Assembly: GCA_043804515.1 (NCBI GenBank)
Contig: JAZDIZ010000128.1
Coordinates: forward strand, 1-29,590
Reading direction: 5' to 3'
DNA: 29,590 nucleotides
DNA from: Pseudomonadota bacterium
GTDB taxonomy: Bacteria > Bdellovibrionota_G > JALEGL01 > DATDPG01
Part shown: positions 18,390-26,365 of the stretch, piece by piece
Layout: each line of letters begins with the position of its first letter
How positions within the stretch are numbered: position 1 is the first letter of the stretch
Program-made: the position numbers and the translations under genes
The notes under the pieces: model-generated
What the model saw: only the letters and a program-made list of their open reading frames with translations
Databases searched by the model: none
What the model was told of the DNA's origin: nothing

Positions 18390-19115
18390 TCACTCCATCA
18401 GTTTTGGAACCGCCGTCAATGCCAAACCCAGGAGAAAGCTGCCGAGGGTTCTCCATCGATCCGCGCCCACGGCGTGTGTTTCCGGAAGGAGGTCGTTCGT
18501 GGCGATCTGCAGAAATGTGCCCGCTGAAACCGCCACCGCCGCCCCGATGGCTTTTTCGCCATACGGAGCCACGCCGGCCAGCGCAATCCCGCAACCCAGC
18601 GGCACCATCAGGGAAAGCGCCAAAACGTAACGCCCGACCTGGAACGCGGTTCGCTTCCCGGCCAGAAGCAGCGTGCTGAGCGAGAACGATTCCGGCATTT
18701 TGTGAGCCAACGTCGCCAAAAAGACATTGAAACCGAGGCCCGGCACCAAGAGGGATGCGCCGAGAGCCAAGCCGTTCATGAGGGAATGGAGTGACAGTCC
18801 GACAAAGGCCGCAATCCCCACCTGGTGGTAGTCACACTCCTCTTCCTCGCACGGATGGGTCATCACGAAGCGCTCCAAGAGTTGCAGAATCAGGAAGCCC
18901 CCCAGAATGCAAAATCCGGCTTGCTCCCCCAAGAGGCGGATTGATTCCGGAATCATGTGAAGGAACGAAACGCCGAGAAAGAGCCCGGCGGAAAAACTGA
19001 TGGCCAGGCGTGGAAACCGATGCTGCCGGCGCCCGGCAAGGGAGAGAAACGCTCCCAGCCAGATCATCGCGACAATCGATGCGTTATACGCGAGCGCCCC
19101 CGAAGGAAACTGCAT
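18390..19115 (-). CDS. ZIP family metal transporter
   Basis: SAGLFLGVSFLHMIPES, LHSLMNG, AHKMPE, AGTFL...DLLPE. Confidence 0.93.
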   Translation of the reverse strand: MQFPSGALAYNASIVAMIWLGAFLSLAGRRQHRFPRLAISFSAGLFLGVSFLHMIPESIRLLGEQAGFCILGGFLILQLLERFVMTHPCEEEECDYHQVGIAAFVGLSLHSLMNGLALGASLLVPGLGFNVFLATLAHKMPESFSLSTLLLAGKRTAFQVGRYVLALSLMVPLGCGIALAGVAPYGEKAIGAAVAVSAGTFLQIATNDLLPETHAVGADRWRTLGSFLLGLALTAVPKLME

Positions 19116-19250
19116 GAGGTGCGCATTTTTAGACGAAAATCGGGGGGTTGGCCAGAGTCAAAAAGACACCAGGGATCAAAACGCACCACCCGCGCAACAA
19201 CGTCCCCTGAAAAATCGCCCTATTTTCAGCCTGTTTGCAAAAGGCCTTCT

Positions 19251-19266
19251 TGGCACGATCGATGCT
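19251..19266 (+). promoter_or_regulatory. Sigma54-like -24/-12 motif
   Basis: TGGCACGATCGATGCT (GG-N10-GC). Confidence 0.45.
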
Positions 19267-19400
19267 TAGGCAAATGGGTGAGAGGAAGCGGACATGCAAG
19301 GCCAAAAGAAAAAAGAAAACGGACGCAGGAAAGAGATGCAAGGCCAAGAGTATGTGGTGTGCCCGCTGGTGGGCTGACGACCTGAACGAGGAGAAACGAG

Positions 19401-19608
19401 TTATCCACAAAAAATGTGCATAAGTCCCCTCGCCCGGCTCTCGATTTCGAAATTTCCCCTGAATTGTCCGCAGGTTTCACACTTTGCACCAAGTTTGAGC
19501 AGGTCCAACTCCCGGACATTTCAATCTCTTTCTAAAGTCTGAGGCATCCGGGTCCGCGCCGATCCGTCACGTTTACTGCGACACAAAATCATCCACAGCT
19601 GTGGATAA
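19401..19608. promoter_or_regulatory. DnaA-box cluster
   Basis: TTATCCACA 19401-19409, TGTGCATAA 19415-19423, TCATCCACA 19589-19597, TGTGGATAA 19600-19608. Confidence 0.7.
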
Positions 19609-19645
19609 TTCGCGAGAGCAATATATGGCGATGTATGGCCTTGGA

Positions 19646-19996
19646 TCAGATCGGCTGCGTGCTTTTCACAAAGTTCCGGATCTCCGTCCGGAACTCGTTA
19701 GCCAGCTCCGTGAACTCGAGTGCAATGCGGGGAGCTTTCGTCTCCCGATCCACGCGCACTACCTTGCCGCGGGCCGTTATCACGAAGTGGCTCTTGGGAA
19801 GCTTGAAGCGCATCCGGAGCTCGGTCCCCACATTGGGAACGCTCTCCTCGTCCACCAGCGCTTCCGCATCGACGGCCAGACCCCGTTCCGAAATGTCACG
19901 GGCATAGCCGAAACCGAGCGTCTTGAAGATCTCAGATTCCTGAACGTTCATGGACACCGGAACTCGAGGGGATCGCCGTTTTTCTATAAACGTCAT
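19646..19996 (-). CDS. PilZ domain protein (c-di-GMP receptor)
   Basis: RRSPR (RxxxR) and DISERG (DxSxxG); GGGAGG RBS before ATG 19996. Confidence 0.93.
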   Translation of the reverse strand: MTFIEKRRSPRVPVSMNVQESEIFKTLGFGYARDISERGLAVDAEALVDEESVPNVGTELRMRFKLPKSHFVITARGKVVRVDRETKAPRIALEFTELANEFRTEIRNFVKSTQPI

Positions 19997-20063
19997 AGAA
20001 GCCTCCCTTGGGCGGCCCGATCCGACCACACCCGGGTGGAGTTGTAAATGCTTATCCGGTTCG

Positions 20064-20112
20064 GGGGACTGTCCCCTTTTCTCCACCGACCTGGAATTGG
20101 GGACGGAGGTAA
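20064..20112. repeat. REP-like GGGGAC motifs
   Basis: GGGGACTGTCCCC (20064-20076) and AATTGGGGACGGAGGT (20095-20110). Confidence 0.65.
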
Positions 20113-20135
20113 AAAAATAGTGTAATTTCAGCCAT

Positions 20136-20987
20136 ATGTCCGGGTCCCGCGTTTCCTTGCCCGACTTTTTCGTGCCTGACGGCACTCCTCTTTCGAAGGC
20201 ATTAAAAAGAACGACGCACTTGGGCGTCGGAGCGCACCCGGACGATCTTGAGATCCTCGCAATCCACGGAATTTTGGAATGCTACCGGCATCCCGGGCGG
20301 TTTTTTACGGGTGTCGTTCTGACGGATGGCGCCGGGGGTCCTAGAAACAGAAAATATTCCAAGCTGACGAAGGAAGCCTATGTCCGGATCCGACAGCGCG
20401 AACAAAAACGGGCGGCCCGCTTGGGCAGGTACGGGGCGATCCTTCAACTGGGATTCTCCAGCGCCGGGATCAAAGGATCTGCCCATCGGCACTGCCTGGA
20501 GCAACTCAAGCGGATCCTTGCGGAAACCAGGCCGGGCGTGATCTACACGCATAGCCTTGCCGACGATCATGACACGCACGCCGCGGCGGCGCTTCTCACG
20601 ATCCAGGCCCTGCGTAAGCTCCGACCGCACGGTTGGCCGAAACGGTTCTATGGCTGCGAAGTTTGGCGCAGCCTGGACTGGCTGCCCCGGAAGCAAAAAG
20701 CGGCCCTGGATGCAGGCGCCCGCCCCGCCTTATCGGCGCGACTGTTGGGAATCTTCCGGTCCCAGATCGCGGGAGGCAAGCGATACGACCTGGCGACGCT
20801 CGGCCGCCGCATGGCCAACGCCACATTCGCCGAATCACACGACATCGATCGGACCGCTCAGGTCACGTTCGCGATGGATCTTAGGCCTCTTCTCCGGAAT
20901 CCCGGACTGGATCCCGCCCGGTTCGTCCGGGATCTGGCGGAGGAATTCGGGCGCGGCCTAGTCGAACGGGTCCGACGCCTGCGATAA
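20136..20987 (+). CDS. PIG-L/LmbE family deacetylase
   Basis: GAHPDDLE, LTDG, REQKRAA, YTHS...DDHDTH, FRSQ. Confidence 0.9.
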   Translation: MSGSRVSLPDFFVPDGTPLSKALKRTTHLGVGAHPDDLEILAIHGILECYRHPGRFFTGVVLTDGAGGPRNRKYSKLTKEAYVRIRQREQKRAARLGRYGAILQLGFSSAGIKGSAHRHCLEQLKRILAETRPGVIYTHSLADDHDTHAAAALLTIQALRKLRPHGWPKRFYGCEVWRSLDWLPRKQKAALDAGARPALSARLLGIFRSQIAGGKRYDLATLGRRMANATFAESHDIDRTAQVTFAMDLRPLLRNPGLDPARFVRDLAEEFGRGLVERVRRLR

Positions 20988-21143
20988 TCCGGCTGGAACC
21001 ATTGCCCTGGACCCCCGCCGGGCGTCCATATAGGGATTCCAGAATCGGTTTTCAGGAACCGGATCAGGAATCAGTGATTCAAGAAGGACCCTCATCAAAC
21101 GGGGCCGGAGAATGATTCACACATGACCAGCGCGGACGATCAG

Positions 21144-21488
21144 TTATTCCCAATCCGTACCTGTCTGACAGTCCTGGAACGTGTGCGTATACGTCGGCGT
21201 GACGACCGTTAAATCCTCGTGAAAAATCGTACGAGAAAATCCCAATCCATAACCAAATCCTTCCTGCGGTTCGGCATAGATGCTTCGGACGACGATTTTC
21301 GAGATTGGGATGCCCGCAAGTTGGGCCGCCTTCAGGTGCGGGTCCGAAAACATCTTTTTATAACAGGAAGTATGGACGATTTTCTCGTAAATGGATGGAG
21401 GGTCGCTTAACACGGTTGCTCCTCCTTCCGCTTTCCCTGAAGGAAGAAGAAACGACACCAAGCAAAATAGTAAGATTAACCACTTCAT
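21144..21488 (-). CDS. Small hypothetical secreted protein
   Basis: MKWLILLFCLVSFLLPSGKAEG signal peptide; AAGGAG RBS; TTGACA upstream. Confidence 0.7.
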   Translation of the reverse strand: MKWLILLFCLVSFLLPSGKAEGGATVLSDPPSIYEKIVHTSCYKKMFSDPHLKAAQLAGIPISKIVVRSIYAEPQEGFGYGLGFSRTIFHEDLTVVTPTYTHTFQDCQTGTDWE

Positions 21489-21764
21489 TTGCGGCTCCTT
21501 GAATCATGTCCCTAAATCAAAACTGTCGCATTGTGTCAAGGCTGCTTTCACCGGACTTCTGTGGATTCTGCTCTGTTTTCTCTTCGTTCGACCGGAGAAT
21601 CCACAACCTTCCCGAGGACTTACGGCGGGGCGGGGGGCTGCCGGAGCGGAGGTAATGGGATGGACCCGCTCGTTTCTTACATGGCGGCTTCTTACGAGCC
21701 AGAATGTTGTATTTGTGACGATGAGGTCACTTCAATCATTCACCTTCAGAAACGGGAGGGTCCG

Positions 21765-22784
21765 ATGGAACGTATTACCGTAGTAGGCCTGGATTTGGCA
21801 AAGAACGTGTTCGAAGTGTGCGGGAGAGGTTTTCAGGGAGAAGTCGTATTGAGGCGACAGCTTCGGCGGGGGCAGGTGCTGGGATTTTTCCGGCAGCTTC
21901 CGAAGTGCATGGTGGGGATGGAGACGTGCAGTGGGTCCAACTATTGGGCGAGGGAGCTTGCGGGGTTGGGGCACGAGGTGCGTCTAATGCCGGGGCAGTA
22001 CGTCAAAGCCTACGTGAAGACGAACAAGAACGACCAAGCGGATGCCGAAGCGATCTCGGAAGCGGTGATGCGGCCGACGATGCGATTTGTACGGCCTAAG
22101 ACGGTGGAACAACAGGATCGGTTGATGGTCCACCGGGTGAGAGAGCGATTGATGAGCGAACGCACGGCGTTGGTCAACGAGATCCGATCCTTCCTGATGG
22201 AGTACGGGATCGTCGAGCCGCAAGGGATCGGACATCTTCGAAAGAGGCTTCCCTGTCTGTTGGAAGGTGTCCAGCCCGACGGTCTGACTGTGCAGGGCCG
22301 GGAAATTCTTCGAGTCTTGTGGGAAGAGCTTTTGAACCTGGATGAGCGTGTGGCCTGGGCCGACGAGAAGATCCGCGTTCAGTTTCAATCCAGCGAGTTG
22401 GGTCGCAGGCTGATAAAGATTCCAGGGGTGGGTCCGATCACGGCCACGGCGATCGAAGCCACGGTGGCTCAGGCTCGGGATTACCGCAATGGGAGACAAT
22501 TTTCGGCCTGGATCGGTCTGGTTCCTCGGCAGCATTCGACGGGCGGCCGGTCGCGTCTTTTAGGGATCAGCAAACGAGGGGATTCGTATCTTCGAAAGCT
22601 CTTGATCCACGGCGCCCGGGCGGTGGTTCAGCACGTCGGAGAGAAAGTCGATCCCGCCAGCCGGTGGATTCGAAGGGTGCGGGATCAACGAGGGTTCAAT
22701 AAATCGGCCGTCGCTTTGGCCAACAAGAATGCCCGGAGAATTTGGGCGATGATGCTTTCGGGGCAGGAGTATCGGGCGGCCTAG
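21765..22784 (+). CDS. IS110 family transposase/recombinase (339 aa)
   Basis: GLDLAK, ME, KNDQADA (DEDD), IPGVGPITA, GLVPRQHSTGG (catalytic Ser); GGGAGG RBS. Confidence 0.97.
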   Translation: MERITVVGLDLAKNVFEVCGRGFQGEVVLRRQLRRGQVLGFFRQLPKCMVGMETCSGSNYWARELAGLGHEVRLMPGQYVKAYVKTNKNDQADAEAISEAVMRPTMRFVRPKTVEQQDRLMVHRVRERLMSERTALVNEIRSFLMEYGIVEPQGIGHLRKRLPCLLEGVQPDGLTVQGREILRVLWEELLNLDERVAWADEKIRVQFQSSELGRRLIKIPGVGPITATAIEATVAQARDYRNGRQFSAWIGLVPRQHSTGGRSRLLGISKRGDSYLRKLLIHGARAVVQHVGEKVDPASRWIRRVRDQRGFNKSAVALANKNARRIWAMMLSGQEYRAA

Positions 22785-22790
22785 GCCGCC

Positions 22791-22985
22791 GAACGATCCT
22801 GTTCCGAGGAATGCGAGGGGAACTCACGGTGATGGCACGACAGGTTGGACCGGTTCTCTCAAACCCTGATGCGCTTGACGGCCTTGGAAAGGCCCAGGAG
22901 GTAATGAGGAGAGAGAACGCGGATTTCATCATGGCCCGGGAACCTCAGGTCTCCCACCTCAGAGGCCGAATACATAACTGCATCC
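22791..22985 (+). ncRNA. Putative bridge/seek RNA of the IS1111-group element
   Basis: Stem GTTCTCTC/GAGAGAAC enclosing GGCCTT/AAGGCC, with loop segments matching the insertion flanks; second loop contains ATACATAA matching the donor junction; boundaries approximate. Confidence 0.75.
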
Positions 22986-23060
22986 ATCCTTCTGCCAACC
23001 CTGATTATTCCCCCTTGCAAACACGGGCGGGTCCATACATAAAGCGCAGGATCGCCGCGA

Positions 23061-23134
23061 GGGGGACACCCTTAAGGGTGTCCCCAGTGATGCGATCCGA
23101 GCCACGGAGCGGAGGCAACGGCTCGCCCCGCTTT
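23061..23134. repeat. Palindromic repeat element, copy 1
   Basis: Perfect palindrome GGGGACACCCTTAAGGGTGTCCCC (23062-23085) plus GTGATGCGATCCGAGCCACGGAGC (23087-23110), both repeated at 29155-29213. Confidence 0.9.
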
Positions 23135-23163
23135 ATTCCCCGCGGTTTTAGGGATCATCCGGG

Positions 23164-24483
23164 CTAGGCCGGTTCTTGGCCCGTATCTAGGTAAAACTCC
23201 TTCGTATCGTCGTTGTAACCGAAGTATTCGGCGAACCGGCCCCATGTGATGAGGGCCTCCCCCACTTCTTTTGGATTTTCGTTGGGAAGCCACTCCTGGA
23301 TCACGACCAAGAGGTCTTCGAACGGCATCTTCTGCCCCCCTTGGATTTGGAGCATGTCCGTCGCCATTTGGACGATCCGGAGCGATTGGAACACGTCATG
23401 GAGGATTTTCTTTCGCACGTTGATGTCGCCGGCCACGAACCTGCGCCCCAAAGGCGTGAGAACGATCGATTGCCTCGGCGTGTCGACCAGGTTGAATAAT
23501 TCGGCGACCTTCACGAGGAGCAGCGTTTTGCCGAATTCCTTCCCCGTCCGATGGGCCAACTCGAAAATATTGGCCGTGCCTCCCTCGTCCGCAACGGCTT
23601 CCAGAAGGCCGATCGTCTCGTTGACATGGGCCACGGGGATCGTTTCGGGCGGTGCCAGATCGTATTCCCGCCCCACCCGGGGCGTTCCCGGTCCCACGGG
23701 CGGCGCATCCGGCAGCAGCACCTCGGTCACGAGTTCGCGGATCATCGCCACCATCCGCTGGAAGTCAGCCGACTGATCGTCGCGCGGAAACGGGAGGGAG
23801 TTCTCGACGTCGCGCCGGATGTGGCCCGGGTTCATCCCCATCAGGAGGATCCGGTTCGCCATGAACACGGCCTCCTGGATGTTGTGCGTCACCAGGATCA
23901 TCGATTTTGTTTCGGTGCTCTTTTTGAGAAAAATGTTCTGAACTTCCGACCGTAACGTTTCGGCCGTCAGGACATCAAGCGAGCTGAACGGCTCGTCCAG
24001 AAGAAGAAGGGGGCGTTCCATCACCAGCGCCCGCGCGATGCCGACCCGCTGTTTCATCCCGCCGGAAAGCTCACGAGGGTAGGCTTCCTCGAATCCTTCC
24101 AGGCCCACGAGATCGATCGCGTGCCGAACGCGCTTCCGGATTTCCGAGTGGCTCAGGCCGAGTGGCTCCAGGGCCAGGGCGATGTTGTCGTACGTGGTTT
24201 GCCACGGAAACAGGGCGAAGGATTGAAAAACCAGGGACGCCGCGTGGTTGATCCCGACAAGCGGCTCGCCCCGCATCAGCACGTCTCCCGACGTCGGCGG
24301 GATAAGACCGCTGATGATCCGAAGGCACGTGGATTTCCCCGACCCCGAGGGGCCCAGAAGCGCCACCATGTCGTTCTCGTTCACGCCGAAGTTGACGTCC
24401 TTGAGAACGACATGTTTCGTCTTGCTTTCCAGGCGGAAGGTTTTTGAAACGTTCGCAAGGGAAAGGACTTGAGCGTCGGACAT
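23164..24483 (-). CDS. NitT/TauT-type ABC transporter ATP-binding protein with C-terminal AAA-associated domain
   Basis: GPSGSGKST, LSGGMKQR, LLDEPF, VTH; C-terminal extension ending WGRFAEYFGY; TGATG coupling to the permease. Confidence 0.92.
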   Translation of the reverse strand: MSDAQVLSLANVSKTFRLESKTKHVVLKDVNFGVNENDMVALLGPSGSGKSTCLRIISGLIPPTSGDVLMRGEPLVGINHAASLVFQSFALFPWQTTYDNIALALEPLGLSHSEIRKRVRHAIDLVGLEGFEEAYPRELSGGMKQRVGIARALVMERPLLLLDEPFSSLDVLTAETLRSEVQNIFLKKSTETKSMILVTHNIQEAVFMANRILLMGMNPGHIRRDVENSLPFPRDDQSADFQRMVAMIRELVTEVLLPDAPPVGPGTPRVGREYDLAPPETIPVAHVNETIGLLEAVADEGGTANIFELAHRTGKEFGKTLLLVKVAELFNLVDTPRQSIVLTPLGRRFVAGDINVRKKILHDVFQSLRIVQMATDMLQIQGGQKMPFEDLLVVIQEWLPNENPKEVGEALITWGRFAEYFGYNDDTKEFYLDTGQEPA

Positions 24484-26240
24484 CACACGTCCACCAATCG
24501 GTAGCGGGTTTGGGCCACGGCGTACAGGCGCCTCCAACCCAAACGGTTCACCAGAATCACTACAACCACCATCACCGCGATGCTTGCGGCCAGGAGAGCG
24601 AAATCCCCGCGCGAGGCTGCCATGCTGATCGTGGCTCCCAATCCCCGGGTCGTCTGAACGGTTCCGTTATACGAAAGGCTCTCGGCCACGATGCTGGCGT
24701 TCCACGCCCCGCCGGCCGCCGTGACCCACCCGGTGACCAGCGCCGGGAAGATGCTCGGGAGCCAAAGCGCGTGCCACTGGGTCCATCGGGAGGCGTCCGA
24801 CAGGGAAAGGACGTCTTTTAAAACCTGGGGGGTTCGAATGGCTCCGGCCACCACGTTGAACAGAATGTACCACTGGACCCCCAGGAGCATCAGGAACATG
24901 GCTGCGAAATCGAATCGGACGTGCCAATGGAACAAGATCCCGAGGACGAGCGGATAAAGCATCGGAGCGGGAAAGGAGGCCAGGACCTGGATCACCGGTT
25001 GCGCTCTGCGGAGGCGCTTTGGGGAGCGGGCAATCCAGACCCCCACAGGCACCGTCCAAAGAGTGCTGAGAATCACCGCGGCCACGACACGCGCCGCCGT
25101 CCAGAGCGTGTCCTGAATCAACGACCACCACGTCACCCACGCGACCTGCCGGAACGTACCGAAGAGGCGGACGGACGCGTAGCCCAGGCCCGCAATGACG
25201 AGAGCCAGAACGATCTTCCACCAAAGACCCGAGACTTGCCTCGGAATCGCGGGAGCAAGGGCCAACGGTTTTGCGAACAATGTTTTTCCCGCCGCCACCA
25301 GTTTCCGCCGCTCCTTCTTGAGAGGCTTGAGCACCCATCGGCGCGCCAGCACGCGGACCCAGTGGAGGATCCTGGATTTCCGGAAGACCAACCGGATTAA
25401 AGCCTCTGGAACTTCCTCGTCCGACGTCGCGTCCGGGTTGTCCTCGAGGCGGAAACGCTGGACCCACACAAGAATCGGGCGCCAGATCAGGAAGTCCAGG
25501 CCGAGAATGATCCCCACCATGGCCGCGATCCCCAGGATCATCGCCGTCGCATCTCCGCGGGCTTCGGCCTCCGCCATGTACGCTCCAACACCCGGGAGGC
25601 GATACGATTTATCGCCCAACGTGAAGGCCTCGCAGACGCTCAAGAAGAACCAGCCGCCGGCCATCGACATCAGACTGTTCCATGCCAGGTTCACGGCCGA
25701 AAACGGGAACTCCAGCCGTTTGAAACGTTCTTTCATGCTCAATCCCATCATCGTCGAAGCTTCCATCAATTCCGTGGGGATGGATTTGAGCGAGCCGTAG
25801 AACGCGAACGTCATGTTCCAGACCTGTCCCGTGAAGATCATGATGATCGCGGCCAGCTCGAGGCCCATGTTCGAGCCCGGAAAAAGCGCGACCAGTCCCA
25901 GCACCAGGCCAGGGAGAAAACCCAGGACGGGAATGCTTTGAAGAACGTCCAATGCGGGGAGGATGATGCGCTCGGCCCGGCGGGAACGGGCCGCCGCGTA
26001 CCCCACGATCAAAGTGAAAAAGAGAGAGATCGCGTAGGCGGCCAGGCCCCGGGCCGCCGAGAAAAAAGCGTATCGGGGAAGCGCCCAGACCGAGAGACTG
26101 ATCTCGGTCAACGGCTGAAATTCGGACCGCCACTGGCGAGCCAACGAGACGACGCCGAAGATCACAGCGCCCAGCAGAAGCAGGACGAGAACGTCGCCCA
26201 GGCCCCAAATACGGATTCGTAAGAATCGGGTCCGCTGCAT
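24483..26240 (-). CDS. NitT/TauT-type ABC transporter permease (two fused TM domains)
   Basis: LDVLQSIPVLGFLP, GQVWNM, SMAGGWFFL, AAGGAWNASIVAE; start ATG 26240 (GGAG upstream) or 26282. Confidence 0.92.
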   Translation of the reverse strand: MQRTRFLRIRIWGLGDVLVLLLLGAVIFGVVSLARQWRSEFQPLTEISLSVWALPRYAFFSAARGLAAYAISLFFTLIVGYAAARSRRAERIILPALDVLQSIPVLGFLPGLVLGLVALFPGSNMGLELAAIIMIFTGQVWNMTFAFYGSLKSIPTELMEASTMMGLSMKERFKRLEFPFSAVNLAWNSLMSMAGGWFFLSVCEAFTLGDKSYRLPGVGAYMAEAEARGDATAMILGIAAMVGIILGLDFLIWRPILVWVQRFRLEDNPDATSDEEVPEALIRLVFRKSRILHWVRVLARRWVLKPLKKERRKLVAAGKTLFAKPLALAPAIPRQVSGLWWKIVLALVIAGLGYASVRLFGTFRQVAWVTWWSLIQDTLWTAARVVAAVILSTLWTVPVGVWIARSPKRLRRAQPVIQVLASFPAPMLYPLVLGILFHWHVRFDFAAMFLMLLGVQWYILFNVVAGAIRTPQVLKDVLSLSDASRWTQWHALWLPSIFPALVTGWVTAAGGAWNASIVAESLSYNGTVQTTRGLGATISMAASRGDFALLAASIAVMVVVVILVNRLGWRRLYAVAQTRYRLVDV

Positions 26241-26365
26241 AACTCCCGTCTCCGGAGGGCGCCAGCTTCGACTCAGGTCCATTCCGTGTCAACTTGCGTT
26301 TGTCGATTCCTTGGATTCCCCGCATTGTTCATGACGGGCCGGCCTTTTCTGCGTAAATTCCGTTG

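Larger units (their letters stand above)
21653..23039 (+). mobile_element. IS110 family, IS1111-group insertion sequence
   Basis: Sub-terminal IRs ATGGACCCGCTCGT (21660-21673) and ACGGGCGGGTCCAT (23023-23036), 7 and 3 nt from the ends; internal IR copy at the RBS; long 3' non-coding region; TTGCAA -35 at the right end; no classical TSD, TAA core at both junctions. Confidence 0.92.

Noticed and set aside
19345..19630. NrdR-box-like strings (GAGTATGTGGTG, GCAATATATGGCG)
   Set aside because: Degenerate, not paired at the usual spacing, and no ribonucleotide reductase gene adjacent
21007..21035. CGGGCGTCCATATA resembling an IS1111 right end
   Set aside because: Short match with no other IS remnant; equally explained as a promoter-like sequence
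21531..21764. N-terminal extension of the transposase ORF
   Set aside because: Crosses the IS left end; RBS and family N-terminus point to ATG 21765
22775..22790. Palindrome GGCGGCCTAGGCCGCC as a terminator
   Set aside because: No U-tract; more likely a hairpin at the start of the IS non-coding RNA region
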